Program-made: the position numbers and the translations under genes | The notes under the pieces: generated by a model | Told to the model about the DNA's origin: nothing | The model's input: only the letters and a program-made list of their open reading frames with translations | Database searches by the model: none | Source: an uncultured Spirochaetia bacterium | GTDB lineage: Bacteria > Spirochaetota > Brachyspiria > Brachyspirales > Brachyspiraceae | DNA length: 64,000 nt | Reading direction: 5' to 3' | Assembly (NCBI GenBank): GCA_947040495.1 | Contig: CAMRBQ010000007.1 | Span: forward strand, 4,623-68,622 | Part shown: positions 29,385 to 38,367 of the stretch, in pieces | How positions within the stretch are numbered: position 1 is the stretch's first letter | How the letters are laid out: each line of letters starts with the position of its first letter

Positions 29385-29858
29385 CTACTTTACTTCAGAG
29401 TTTTGCATCTTTGCTTTTATCATAGCGGCACATTCAGATACAAGTTTTTTGTCGGATTCTGCTATATGATTTAAGAGCCATGATTTTAAGAATATCATAA
29501 CTCTTCTACTTAAAAATCTCATATTTGGATTTTCGGTAGATTTAAAGCTTTCAAGAGATTTTTCTATTTGTTTTTCAAATGCCCTATGTTCTTTTATATG
29601 AGCATGTTTACCCGCATAGTTTAAGGCATGCATTATTTTTTCTTCTGTGGAAAAATGATAATCTACATATTGAGTGGTTTCATTAAGGCTTTTTAAAAAT
29701 GCCTCAGATAGAGAATTGTTTTTATTATTAAGTGAAGCGATGTATAAAGCATTTAATATAGTAACTAGACTTTTATGCTGATTATCTATTTCATGATGTC
29801 CTGTATTAAAGAAGTCATCATCCCATTTTATAAATTCTTTTATTATTTTTTGCGACAT
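29385..29858 (-). CDS. Hemerythrin-like metal-binding protein (bacteriohemerythrin)
   Basis: WDDDFFNTGHHEIDNQHKSL, HFSTEE, HIKEH and WLLNHIAESDKKL provide the His/Glu/Asp ligand pattern. Confidence 0.8.
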   Translation of the reverse strand: MSQKIIKEFIKWDDDFFNTGHHEIDNQHKSLVTILNALYIASLNNKNNSLSEAFLKSLNETTQYVDYHFSTEEKIMHALNYAGKHAHIKEHRAFEKQIEKSLESFKSTENPNMRFLSRRVMIFLKSWLLNHIAESDKKLVSECAAMIKAKMQNSEVK

Positions 29859-29918
29859 ATAAATTTTTCCTATTATTAAATCAAACCAATATATTTGAAA
29901 TACATTAGAAGAACAATT

Positions 29919-30707
29919 CTATTCCTTTTCCATTACATAAGCCGAGACACGCATAGGCTTTTCTATAACATAACTTTTTGCAATACATACATGCTTGCTT
30001 TCATCATTTTTATATATTACATGGTTGTATATTTCAGCATCAATATTCTTTTCAAAGGACACTGAGGATGATACTGTATCTTTATAATTACATTCCTTAC
30101 GAAACTCAATAATAAATTTATTTATCATTTTGTCTGTATAAACATTTTCAGGAAAGACTTCATTTATCCATGAAACAAATTTAGTATTATTAACATGCTG
30201 ATTAATATCCAAATCACTTCTTCTTACATGAAAATCTATTTTATTAATTATCTGTTCTTTGTCAGGAGATTTAAGTTTTTCTATATTATTAATATCGATA
30301 AAAGGTTCTTTATCTTTAGAAAAATGCTTAAATTTTTCTGATATAAGAGTGGGTGCCATGTTTTTCAAATTTATCATCATCCATGTTGTTGTTGATTGGG
30401 CGATAATTTCTTCTTTGGCATTATATATAATAAAATCCCTGTAGGCATAATATCTATCTGTCGCTGATGGGTATGTTTTTATAGTTATATATTCTCCAAT
30501 TATAGGATAATCATTTATATGAAGTTCTACCCTAGTTAATACCCATGTCATACTTTCTTTTATAATAAAGCCAATACCAAATTCTAAAACATCCGCATGA
30601 AGCATTGCCATTTCTTGAAGATAATTGCATATAGATTCTATAGTTGTTTGACCATATCTATTTGTTTCATAGCCTTTAACTTGATATGTTTTTATATATT
30701 CCTTCAT
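29919..30707 (-). CDS. Acyl-ACP thioesterase (FatA/B-like double hot-dog)
   Basis: The N-terminal YQVKGYETNRYGQTTIESICNYLQEMAMLHA and the internal RRSDLDINQHVNN are typical of acyl-ACP thioesterases. Confidence 0.75.
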   Translation of the reverse strand: MKEYIKTYQVKGYETNRYGQTTIESICNYLQEMAMLHADVLEFGIGFIIKESMTWVLTRVELHINDYPIIGEYITIKTYPSATDRYYAYRDFIIYNAKEEIIAQSTTTWMMINLKNMAPTLISEKFKHFSKDKEPFIDINNIEKLKSPDKEQIINKIDFHVRRSDLDINQHVNNTKFVSWINEVFPENVYTDKMINKFIIEFRKECNYKDTVSSSVSFEKNIDAEIYNHVIYKNDESKHVCIAKSYVIEKPMRVSAYVMEKE

Positions 30708-30779
30708 AGATATTTGATTTTAACTTAACATATACTTAAATCAAGCTATTTTTATAAAAGAATTATAAAAATTAAAAGT

Positions 30780-30808
30780 TTGCAAAAATAATTTAATTAT
30801 GATATCAT
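30780..30808 (+). promoter_or_regulatory. Sigma70-like promoter candidate for the tRNA pair
   Basis: TTGCAA, a 17-nt spacer, then TATCAT, ending 20 nt before the tRNA 5' end. Confidence 0.35.
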
Positions 30809-30827
30809 GAAAATGCATTTAATTAAT

Positions 30828-30901
30828 GTGCCTGTAGCTCAGCTGGATAGAGCGTTAGATTGCGGTTCTAAAGGCCGGAGGTTCGAATCCTCTCAGGCAC
30901 A
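30828..30901 (+). tRNA. tRNA-Arg, anticodon read as GCG
   Basis: Hand-folded cloverleaf: acceptor GTGCCTG/CAGGCAC, D stem GCTC/GAGC, anticodon stem TTAGA/TCTAA with loop TTGCGGT, and T arm GGAGG-TTCGAAT-CCTCT. No encoded CCA. Confidence 0.8.
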
Positions 30902-30910
30902 ATTGCTACT

Positions 30911-30997
30911 GGAGAGATGTCCGAGTCTGGTTTAAGGAGCACGATTGGAAGTCGTGTGTGCGGCAACGTACCGTGGGTTCGAATCCCACTTTCTCCG
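30911..30997 (+). tRNA. tRNA-Ser, anticodon GGA (class II, long variable arm)
   Basis: Acceptor GGAGAGA/TTTCTCC, anticodon stem CACGA/TCGTG with loop TTGGAAG, a 17-nt variable arm and T arm GTGGG-TTCGAAT-CCCAC. Confidence 0.85.
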
Positions 30998-31006
30998 ATT
31001 CTTTCC

Positions 31007-31055
31007 CTAAGTTGCACATTGTAATATTCATATTAACATACAAATATATTTGACT
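31007..31055 (+). repeat. Conserved non-coding flank (repeat core plus 21-nt block) downstream of RadC-like paralog 2
   Basis: ctaagttgcacattgtaatattcatattaacatacaaatatatttgact differs from 53701-53749 at about 6 of 50 aligned columns (hand alignment). Confidence 0.75.
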
Positions 31056-31077
31056 ACATCATGCTTGCAATACCAAA

Positions 31078-31791
31078 TTATATTTTTAAATTTTTAATTT
31101 CTTTTTCAGTTAACCCAGTTGCTTTAATAATAGTTTCTATATCTAAATTAAGATTTAATAATTTTTTTGCTATAGATATTTTCTCTTCATGTTTCCCTTC
31201 AACTTTGCCATCTTTTTTTCCGTCAAGTTTATAATCTTGTTTTTCTTTATCCAAAATATCTTTAACATCATCTACTAATTTATAACTTAAATCCTGCTTA
31301 AAAAAATCCATTAATCCTGTTACCAAAAAACTATAATAAATTGATTCTCTACTTTCTAAAGATAAAGCTGAAAGTATTATATGGTCGAGTACATTAATAT
31401 TTAAATATTGCGAAACATGAGAAAGCTTGTTTGTGAAATCAATATCAAATTGTGAAGGCTCAGGGTTTTTTCTCGTTGTATGATTATGAGCCACTACTAT
31501 ATTTGTTGCTTTCGATTGAACTGCTATGCCAAAAACATCGGTCATGGGAACTTTCACCATATTCTCGCTACCCAAAGCTACTAAATATAGACAAACAGAA
31601 TAGCTGTCATTATCAATACCCATTATCCAAAAATGTTCTTTACTATATAAAGATTTAGGTTCTCTTTTGAAAAAATCAAGAAAAATTTTATAGTAATCTT
31701 CTACGGTATTAATTTTACTAGCTTTTAATTTGAAACCCTTAATGGTTTGAACTTCCATTTTTTTGACTTCAGTTTTTTTCTTGCTCACCAT
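31078..31791 (-). CDS. RadC-like JAB/MPN-domain protein, paralog 2
   Basis: EHFW...AHNHTTRKNPEPSQFD signature. The C-terminal tail IAKKLLNLNLDIETIIKATGLTEKEIKNLK is HTH-like. Confidence 0.75.
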   Translation of the reverse strand: MVSKKKTEVKKMEVQTIKGFKLKASKINTVEDYYKIFLDFFKREPKSLYSKEHFWIMGIDNDSYSVCLYLVALGSENMVKVPMTDVFGIAVQSKATNIVVAHNHTTRKNPEPSQFDIDFTNKLSHVSQYLNINVLDHIILSALSLESRESIYYSFLVTGLMDFFKQDLSYKLVDDVKDILDKEKQDYKLDGKKDGKVEGKHEEKISIAKKLLNLNLDIETIIKATGLTEKEIKNLKI

Positions 31792-31860
31792 AAAATATAC
31801 CTTTATAATTATTTATTAGTTTTTATTATTATATATAATAAAATATATATTTAAATGCTA

Positions 31861-31886
31861 GAATGCAATTATAATGTGCAACTAGG
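31861..31886 (-). repeat. Inverted copy of the repeat core upstream of RadC-like paralog 2
   Basis: The reverse complement reads cctagttgcacattataattgcattc. It is nearly identical to the inner part of 26692-26730. Confidence 0.75.
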
Positions 31887-31975
31887 AAAAAACTTGATTT
31901 TTAATCGGTTAGTTGTATTATCATATTTATATTAGTATTTACTATAAAAAAATAATATTTAAGGCGGTTGTTATT

Positions 31976-33157
31976 ATGAATTTTATTGAAAACACAAGCC
32001 CTTATTGGGCTGAAGATGTATCTATATGCTTGAGAGAGGGCGAGAACCCAGCCGAGTATTATGGCTCTATAAATCCCCCTGTGATTATGTCAAGCCTATT
32101 TACTTTCCCTAGTTATACGGATATGAGTACAAGATTTCATGATATAAAAAAAGAATATATTTACTCTCGTGGTAGAAACCCGACTGTTGATTTTTTAGAG
32201 AGGAAGTTAGCTCGACTTGAAAGAGGGGAGTATTGTAAATGTACATCATCGGGTATGGGCGCTATAACAGCAACTTTATATTCTTTGCTATCATCAGGCG
32301 ACCATGTTTTATTGGTTAATAATATTTATGGGCCTGTAATACAATATTTAGAGGATGCTAAAAGAAATAATATTAGCTTTTCATATATCACAGATAATTT
32401 TGATATGGATTTTATAGAGAGCCAGATTAAACCAAACACGAAGATGATATATTTTGAATCACCTGCTACTATGACTTTCAAAGAACTTCATATTAAAAAA
32501 TTATGTGAATTGGCTAAGAAAAAAGGGATTATAACTGTTTGTGATAATACATGCACAACACCTCTTTTTCAAAAACCTATAACTTTTGGTGTTGATGTAG
32601 TGCTACATTCTTTATCAAAGTATATAGGTGGTCATAGTGATTTGATAGGTGGAGCATTGATAACAAGTGAGGCTATATATGAAAAGATATATGCTTTAGG
32701 CTATCTTTTACAAGGCTCTGTAATGTCAGCACAGGATGCTATTTTGTTTATCAGAGGGCTGCGTACATTGCCAACAAGACTAAAACAGCATGAGATTAAT
32801 GCTATAACTGTGGCTGAGTATTTGTCCGCTCATCCAAAGGTGAAAAAAGTTAATCATCCAAGATGTCTTGGAACATTTAATCAATATGGCGAAAATTATG
32901 GGACATCGGGTTTATTTAGTTTTGAAATAGACACAGAAGATTTAAAACTTGTAGGAAAAGTGCTTGATAGATTAAAGAAATTTTATTTTGGTGTTAGTTG
33001 GGGCGGTTTTGAGAGTCTCGCTTTATCACCACATTTTGGTAAGTTCGACCCAGTAAAGAATAATGGTATACCACTCAGTATAATTAGGCTTTCAATTGGG
33101 CTTGAAGATTCAAACTCTCTAATAGAAGATTTAGAGCAGGCATTGTCTATACTTTAA
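31976..33157 (+). CDS. Cys/Met-metabolism PLP-dependent enzyme (cystathionine beta-lyase/gamma-synthase family)
   Basis: YSRGRNPT and the PLP-lysine motif HSLSKYIGGHSD. I moved the start to the ATG at 31976 (RBS aaggcgg); the 21 upstream track codons are AT-rich promoter-like sequence. Confidence 0.8.
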   Translation: MNFIENTSPYWAEDVSICLREGENPAEYYGSINPPVIMSSLFTFPSYTDMSTRFHDIKKEYIYSRGRNPTVDFLERKLARLERGEYCKCTSSGMGAITATLYSLLSSGDHVLLVNNIYGPVIQYLEDAKRNNISFSYITDNFDMDFIESQIKPNTKMIYFESPATMTFKELHIKKLCELAKKKGIITVCDNTCTTPLFQKPITFGVDVVLHSLSKYIGGHSDLIGGALITSEAIYEKIYALGYLLQGSVMSAQDAILFIRGLRTLPTRLKQHEINAITVAEYLSAHPKVKKVNHPRCLGTFNQYGENYGTSGLFSFEIDTEDLKLVGKVLDRLKKFYFGVSWGGFESLALSPHFGKFDPVKNNGIPLSIIRLSIGLEDSNSLIEDLEQALSIL

Positions 33158-33212
33158 TCATTAAAATTTACTATCCCATATAGCAATATATTTTTTATGA
33201 GATTATGATAAA

Positions 33213-33247
33213 CCCCTAGTTTTTATTAATTCTAGGGGTCTTGTTTT
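33213..33247 (+). terminator. Rho-independent terminator
   Basis: cccctag...ctagggg hairpin followed by a T-rich tail. Confidence 0.6.
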
Positions 33248-33434
33248 AGTATAATTGTTTTGGTTAATTAGAAAAATTGTCATAGGAGATATTTATATTT
33301 AATTCATATTGCTTAAAATAAATCTTGTATTTATTATGTTATTATGATAGAATAGTCCTCAGTTGTAGGTATATCTATAAAATGCTATATTTAAATAGTT
33401 GATTATTGGATAAAAATATTTTTTAAAAAATCGC

Positions 33435-33462
33435 TTGCGTTATTTCTTAAAGAATGTATACT
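33435..33462 (+). promoter_or_regulatory. Sigma70-like promoter candidate for the str operon, implying a ~170-nt leader
   Basis: TTGCGT, a 16-nt spacer, then TATACT. Confidence 0.3.
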
Positions 33463-33636
33463 GCTGCAACTTCCAAATTGCTGAAGAAAGCTTTGTGTAT
33501 ATTTTATTCAACAAGGCTCGTTCATTGTTTACAGTGTTCGATTCGGTTTTTTTATTTTGAGTATATTTTTAATTCCTTTTTTAGGAAATAAAACTAGAAG
33601 AGATTTATTCTCGTATTAATAAATGAAGAGGTATTT

Positions 33637-34011
33637 ATGCCCACAATTAATCAGTTGGTCCGTAAGGGACGTAAGAAGTTGAAGAACAAGACAAAATCTC
33701 CTGCATTGCAGAGATGTCCTCAGAGAGAAGGTGTTTGTACTCGTGTTTCGACTACAACGCCAAAAAAACCTAACTCGGCTATGCGTAAAATTGCCCGTGT
33801 TAGACTTACAAATGGTTTAGAAGTTACGGCTTATATACCAGGTATTGATCATACATTGCAAGAACACCATAGGGTTTTAATACGTGGCGGTCGTGTAAAG
33901 GATTTGCCAGGATGTCGTTATCATATAATTAGAGGGACGAGGGAAGCTACTGGCGTTGAAAATAGAAAGAAATCTCGTAGTAAATACGGTACTAAAAGAC
34001 CAAAGGCATAG
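33637..34011 (+). CDS. rpsL: 30S ribosomal protein S12
   Basis: [12 protein letters not shown]...[10 protein letters not shown] signature. Confidence 0.98.
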   Translation: MPTINQLVRKGRKKLKNKTKSPALQRCPQREGVCTRVSTTTPKKPNSAMRKIARVRLTNGLEVTAYIPGIDHTLQEHHRVLIRGGRVKDLPGCRYHIIRGTREATGVENRKKSRSKYGTKRPKA

Positions 34012-34021
34012 GTGAATTTTT

Positions 34022-34492
34022 ATGGCAAGAAGAAGAAAAGCACAAGTTAGAAAAGTTGCGGGCGATCCTATTTATGGGAGTGTTGTTGTAAGTAAGTTTA
34101 TTAATAAGCTTATGTATGATGGCGAAAAAAGTAAAGCAGAGACTATTTTTTATAAAGCTATAAAAGTTGCTAGTGAAAAATCTTCTAAAGATGCTGTTGA
34201 TTTATTTTCTGAGGTTTTGGAAAATATTAAGCCTCGAGTAGAGGTGAAGTCTCGTCGTGTTGGTGGTGCTACATATCAGGTGCCTGTAGAGGTTCGGCCT
34301 GATAGGCAGAATTCATTGGCTTTTAAATGGCTTATAAATGCTGCACGTTCACGTGGTGGTAAGAGTATGGCTGAAAAATTAGCTAATGAGATGATTGATG
34401 CACTTAACAATACAGGTAAGGCTATCGGTCAAAAAGAGGCTGTTCATAGGATGGCCGAAGGTAATAAAGCGTTTGCTCATTTCCGTTGGTAG
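34022..34492 (+). CDS. rpsG: 30S ribosomal protein S7
   Basis: MARRRKAQVRKV...RVGGATYQVPVEV signature. Confidence 0.98.
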   Translation: MARRRKAQVRKVAGDPIYGSVVVSKFINKLMYDGEKSKAETIFYKAIKVASEKSSKDAVDLFSEVLENIKPRVEVKSRRVGGATYQVPVEVRPDRQNSLAFKWLINAARSRGGKSMAEKLANEMIDALNNTGKAIGQKEAVHRMAEGNKAFAHFRW

Positions 34493-34519
34493 TAATAGTT
34501 ATAAAAAAGGGTTATATTT

Positions 34520-36604
34520 GTGGCTAGAGAATATTCATTAGAAAATACACGTAATATAGGTATTATGGCTCATATTGATGCTGGTAAAACAACACTTAGT
34601 GAGCGTATACTTTTCTTTACAGGTAAAACATATAAAATTGGTGAAGTCCATGAAGGTGCTGCCGAAATGGATTGGATGGAGCAAGAAAAAGAGCGTGGTA
34701 TCACTATTACTAGTGCTGCTACAACTTGTTTTTGGAAAGATGTTAGAATTAATGTTATAGATACACCGGGGCACGTAGACTTTACTGCAGAAGTAGAGCG
34801 TTCTCTTAGGGTGTTAGATAGTGCTGTTGGCGTTTTTTGTTCTGTTGGTGGGGTTCAACCTCAAAGTGAAACAGTATGGCGTCAAGCGAGTGATTATTTT
34901 ATTCCTCGTGCTATCTTTGTAAATAAGATGGACAGAGTTGGTTCGGACTTTTTTTCTGTTCTTGAGCAAACTAGAGATAGACTTAAGGCAAATAGTCATC
35001 CAGTTGTTCTTCCTATCGGTGCTGAAGACAGATTTGAAGGCGTTATTGACCTTGTACAAATGAAAGAGATTATTTGGCCAGTAGATACAAAGGATGGTCT
35101 TGATCTTAAAGTTGTTGATATACGTGATGAATTAAAAGATATAGCCAGTGAATATAGAGAGAAGTTAATTGAGGCTATTGTCGAATTCGATGATGAAATT
35201 ATGCATAAATATCTTGAGACAGGAGAAATACCTCAAGAATCTATGATGCCTCTTATACGTAAAGCTACTTTATCGGCTAAGTTTTTTCCAGTATTTTGTG
35301 GCACTGCATTTAAAAACAAGGGTGTTCAGCCTTTGCTTGATGGTGTTATAAGTTACCTTCCATCTCCTGTCGATGTGCCGGAAATTGATGGTGTAGATAT
35401 GGATGGAAATCCTATTACTCGTAAGGCTTCCGATGATGAGACATTTAGTGCCTTGGCATTTAAGATTATGAGTGATACATATGTTGGAAAAATTGCCTTT
35501 TTTAGAGTTTATTCAGGTAAACTAGAATCAGGTTCTTATATATATAATTCGACAAAAGGTAAAAGAGAGAGAATTGGTCGAATATTACAAATGCATGCTA
35601 ATAAACGTGAAGAGATAGATACTGTTTATGCGGGTGATATCGCAGCGGCTGTTGGATTAAAAGATACAATAACAGGTGATACGCTTTGTGCTGAAGATAA
35701 TCCTGTTATCTTAGAATCTATGAATTTTCCTGAGCCTGTTATATCTGTGGCTATAGAGCCAAAGACTAAGGCTGATAGAGATAAAATGGGGATAGCACTT
35801 TCGAGATTGGCAGAGGAAGACCCAACCTTTAAAGTAAGTTATAATGAAGAAACAAGTCAAACTATTATCGCTGGTATGGGCGAGTTGCACTTAGAAATTA
35901 TCTGTGATAGAATGTTGCGTGAATATAAAGTTGAAGCAAACATTGGTAAACCACAGGTTTCATATAGAGAAGGTATTAGAAATAGTGTAGAAGCAGAGGG
36001 TAAATTTGTTCGTCAGAGTGGTGGACGTGGTCAATATGGTCATGTTTGGCTTAGGGTTGAACCGAATGAGTCAAATGCGGGCTTTAAATTTACTAATGAA
36101 ATTGTTGGTGGTGTTATTCCAAAGGAATATATATCTTCTATAGAAAAAGGTTGTTTTGAGGCTATGAGTACAGGTATTCTAGCTGGTTATCCAATCCTTG
36201 ATGTTAAAGTTTCATTATTTGATGGGTCATATCATGATGTCGACTCTTCTGAGATGGCATTTAAGATTGCGGGTTCTATAGGATTTAAAGAAGGTTGTAG
36301 AAAGGCTGGTGCTTATTTACTTGAGCCGATGATGAGTGTAGAAGTTGTAACGCCAGAAGATTTTATGGGAGATGTTATTGGTGATTTATCTAGTAGGCGT
36401 GGACAGGTTCATGGATTTACAGATAGGTCTGGTTATAAAGTTGTAAATGCTACTGTGCCTTTGGCTCATATGTTTGGTTATACAACTAGCATAAGAAATA
36501 TTTCTCAGGGAAGGGCTGATTATACAATGCAGTTCTCTCATTATCAAGAAACACCAAAGACAATATCTGAAGAGATAATAGGTCTTAGAACTGGAACGAA
36601 GTAA
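34520..36604 (+). CDS. fusA: Elongation factor G
   Basis: [17 protein letters not shown] and NKMD GTPase motifs; 694 aa. The start codon is GTG. Confidence 0.97.
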   Translation: MAREYSLENTRNIGIMAHIDAGKTTLSERILFFTGKTYKIGEVHEGAAEMDWMEQEKERGITITSAATTCFWKDVRINVIDTPGHVDFTAEVERSLRVLDSAVGVFCSVGGVQPQSETVWRQASDYFIPRAIFVNKMDRVGSDFFSVLEQTRDRLKANSHPVVLPIGAEDRFEGVIDLVQMKEIIWPVDTKDGLDLKVVDIRDELKDIASEYREKLIEAIVEFDDEIMHKYLETGEIPQESMMPLIRKATLSAKFFPVFCGTAFKNKGVQPLLDGVISYLPSPVDVPEIDGVDMDGNPITRKASDDETFSALAFKIMSDTYVGKIAFFRVYSGKLESGSYIYNSTKGKRERIGRILQMHANKREEIDTVYAGDIAAAVGLKDTITGDTLCAEDNPVILESMNFPEPVISVAIEPKTKADRDKMGIALSRLAEEDPTFKVSYNEETSQTIIAGMGELHLEIICDRMLREYKVEANIGKPQVSYREGIRNSVEAEGKFVRQSGGRGQYGHVWLRVEPNESNAGFKFTNEIVGGVIPKEYISSIEKGCFEAMSTGILAGYPILDVKVSLFDGSYHDVDSSEMAFKIAGSIGFKEGCRKAGAYLLEPMMSVEVVTPEDFMGDVIGDLSSRRGQVHGFTDRSGYKVVNATVPLAHMFGYTTSIRNISQGRADYTMQFSHYQETPKTISEEIIGLRTGTK

Positions 36605-36684
36605 ATTAGTATAATATAGTAGAAATCCTGCTATATTATAGTATAAATAAAAAAAATTAATTTCCTGTTAGGAGGGAGATCAAA

Positions 36685-37908
36685 ATGGGTAAAGCAAAAT
36701 TTGAAAGAACGAAACCACATGTTAATGTAGGTACAATAGGTCACGTTGACCATGGTAAAACAACATTGACTGCATCAATTACAGCTGTGGCAGAAAAAGC
36801 ATACGGTGGTCCAAAATATATTAGATATGATGATGTAGCAAAGGCTTCTGAAAGTCAAGGTCGTAGAGATTCTACAAAGATTATGACTATAGCAACTTCA
36901 CATGTTGAATATGAATCATCAATTAGACATTATGCTCATGTTGACTGTCCTGGTCACGCTGATTATATTAAAAATATGATTACAGGTGCGGCTCAGATGG
37001 ATGGTGCTATACTTGTTGTTTCTGCAGAAGACGGTGCTATGCCTCAAACAAAAGAGCATGTTCTCCTTTCAAGACAAGTAGGTGTTAACTATGTTACTGT
37101 TTTCCTAAACAAATGTGATAAAGCTGATGCTGACATGATAGACCTTGTAGAGGCTGAAATAGTAGATATATTGAATGATGCTGGTTTTGAAGGTGATAAA
37201 TGTCCTATTATTAGAGGTAGTGCCTTAAAAGCTATTCAGGCAATTGAAGCTGGTAAAGATGCTTTGACAGACCCTGATTGTAAATGTATTATTGATTTAT
37301 TAGCAGCATTAGATACATATATACCTGAACCACAGAGAGAAATTGACAAAGATTTCTTGATGCCAATAGAGGATGTTTATTCAATCCCTGGGCGTGGTAC
37401 TGTTGTAACAGGTCGTATCGAGCGTGGTGTTATTAAAAGAGCTGATGAAATTGCTATTGTTGGAATTAGAGACACTCAGATTACTATATGTACTGGTGTT
37501 GAAATGTTTAAAAAAGACCTTGATGAAGGTATCGCAGGTGATAATGTTGGTTGTCTACTTCGTGGTGTTGAGCGTAAAGGTGTTGAGCGTGGTCAGGTAT
37601 TGGCTAAGCCTAATACAATTACTCCTCATAAAAAATTCCAGGCTGAAGTATATATATTAACAAAAGCAGAAGGTGGTAGACAAAGTGGATTTGTAACAGG
37701 TTATCGTCCACAGATGTACTTTAGAACAACAGATGTAACAGGTATTATTGAATTACCTGCTGATATACCAATGATTCAACCGGGTGATAATGTTAATATA
37801 GTAATAACACTTATAACACCTATTGCTATGGAAGAAAAGCAACGTTTTGCTATCCGTGAAGGTGGAAAAACAGTTGGTCGTGGTGTTGTAACAAAGATCT
37901 TAGAGTAA
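36685..37908 (+). CDS. tuf: Elongation factor Tu (divergent switch I region, 407 aa)
   Basis: [17 protein letters not shown] and NKCD motifs, with domains 2/3 conserved. The effector loop is atypical (see findings). Confidence 0.93.
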   Translation: MGKAKFERTKPHVNVGTIGHVDHGKTTLTASITAVAEKAYGGPKYIRYDDVAKASESQGRRDSTKIMTIATSHVEYESSIRHYAHVDCPGHADYIKNMITGAAQMDGAILVVSAEDGAMPQTKEHVLLSRQVGVNYVTVFLNKCDKADADMIDLVEAEIVDILNDAGFEGDKCPIIRGSALKAIQAIEAGKDALTDPDCKCIIDLLAALDTYIPEPQREIDKDFLMPIEDVYSIPGRGTVVTGRIERGVIKRADEIAIVGIRDTQITICTGVEMFKKDLDEGIAGDNVGCLLRGVERKGVERGQVLAKPNTITPHKKFQAEVYILTKAEGGRQSGFVTGYRPQMYFRTTDVTGIIELPADIPMIQPGDNVNIVITLITPIAMEEKQRFAIREGGKTVGRGVVTKILE

Positions 37909-37987
37909 GTTTTTTAAAATTGGATAGAAAGTTGATATATGAGAAGATGTCAACTTATGTATAAATAATTAAAGCGAGTAGCAAATT

Positions 37988-38296
37988 ATGCAACAAGAAG
38001 AGAGAATACGAGTAAAATTAAAGTCATTTGATGCAGAAATTATAGATCAGGCTGCACAATCGATTGTTATGAATGTAAAAAAAACTGGGGCGAAGGTTTC
38101 TGGACCTATACCTCTTCCAACACGTATTAGAAAGGTTACAGTTTTGAGAAGCCCTCATGTTAATATTAAATCGAGAGAACAGTTTGAGATGCGTATACAT
38201 AAAAGACTAATTGATATACTTGATGTTACTGCTCAGACTATGGATTCGCTAAAGAGACTTGATTTACCTGCTGGTGTTGATGTTCAGCTGAAGTAG
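37988..38296 (+). CDS. rpsJ: 30S ribosomal protein S10
   Basis: [10 protein letters not shown]...PLPT...SPHV pattern. Confidence 0.97.
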   Translation: MQQEERIRVKLKSFDAEIIDQAAQSIVMNVKKTGAKVSGPIPLPTRIRKVTVLRSPHVNIKSREQFEMRIHKRLIDILDVTAQTMDSLKRLDLPAGVDVQLK

Positions 38297-38367
38297 TTTG
38301 GCTATAAAGTCGACACGGTTAGTAGATGAAAGTATCTACATCAAATTTACTTATAGAGGATAAGCCT

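Noticed and set aside
31913-31975. N-terminal 21 codons (MYYHIYISIYYKKIIFKAVVI) of the track ORF for the PLP enzyme
   Set aside because: This is AT-rich promoter-like sequence with no RBS. A good RBS precedes the ATG at 31976, where homology-like sequence starts.
36610-36640. Perfect 10-bp hairpin in the fusA-tuf spacer, and a 10-bp hairpin at 37929-37956 in the tuf-rpsJ spacer, considered as terminators
   Set aside because: Neither is followed by a T tract, and both stems are AT-rich. They could be processing or attenuation structures, but I cannot support a call from sequence alone.
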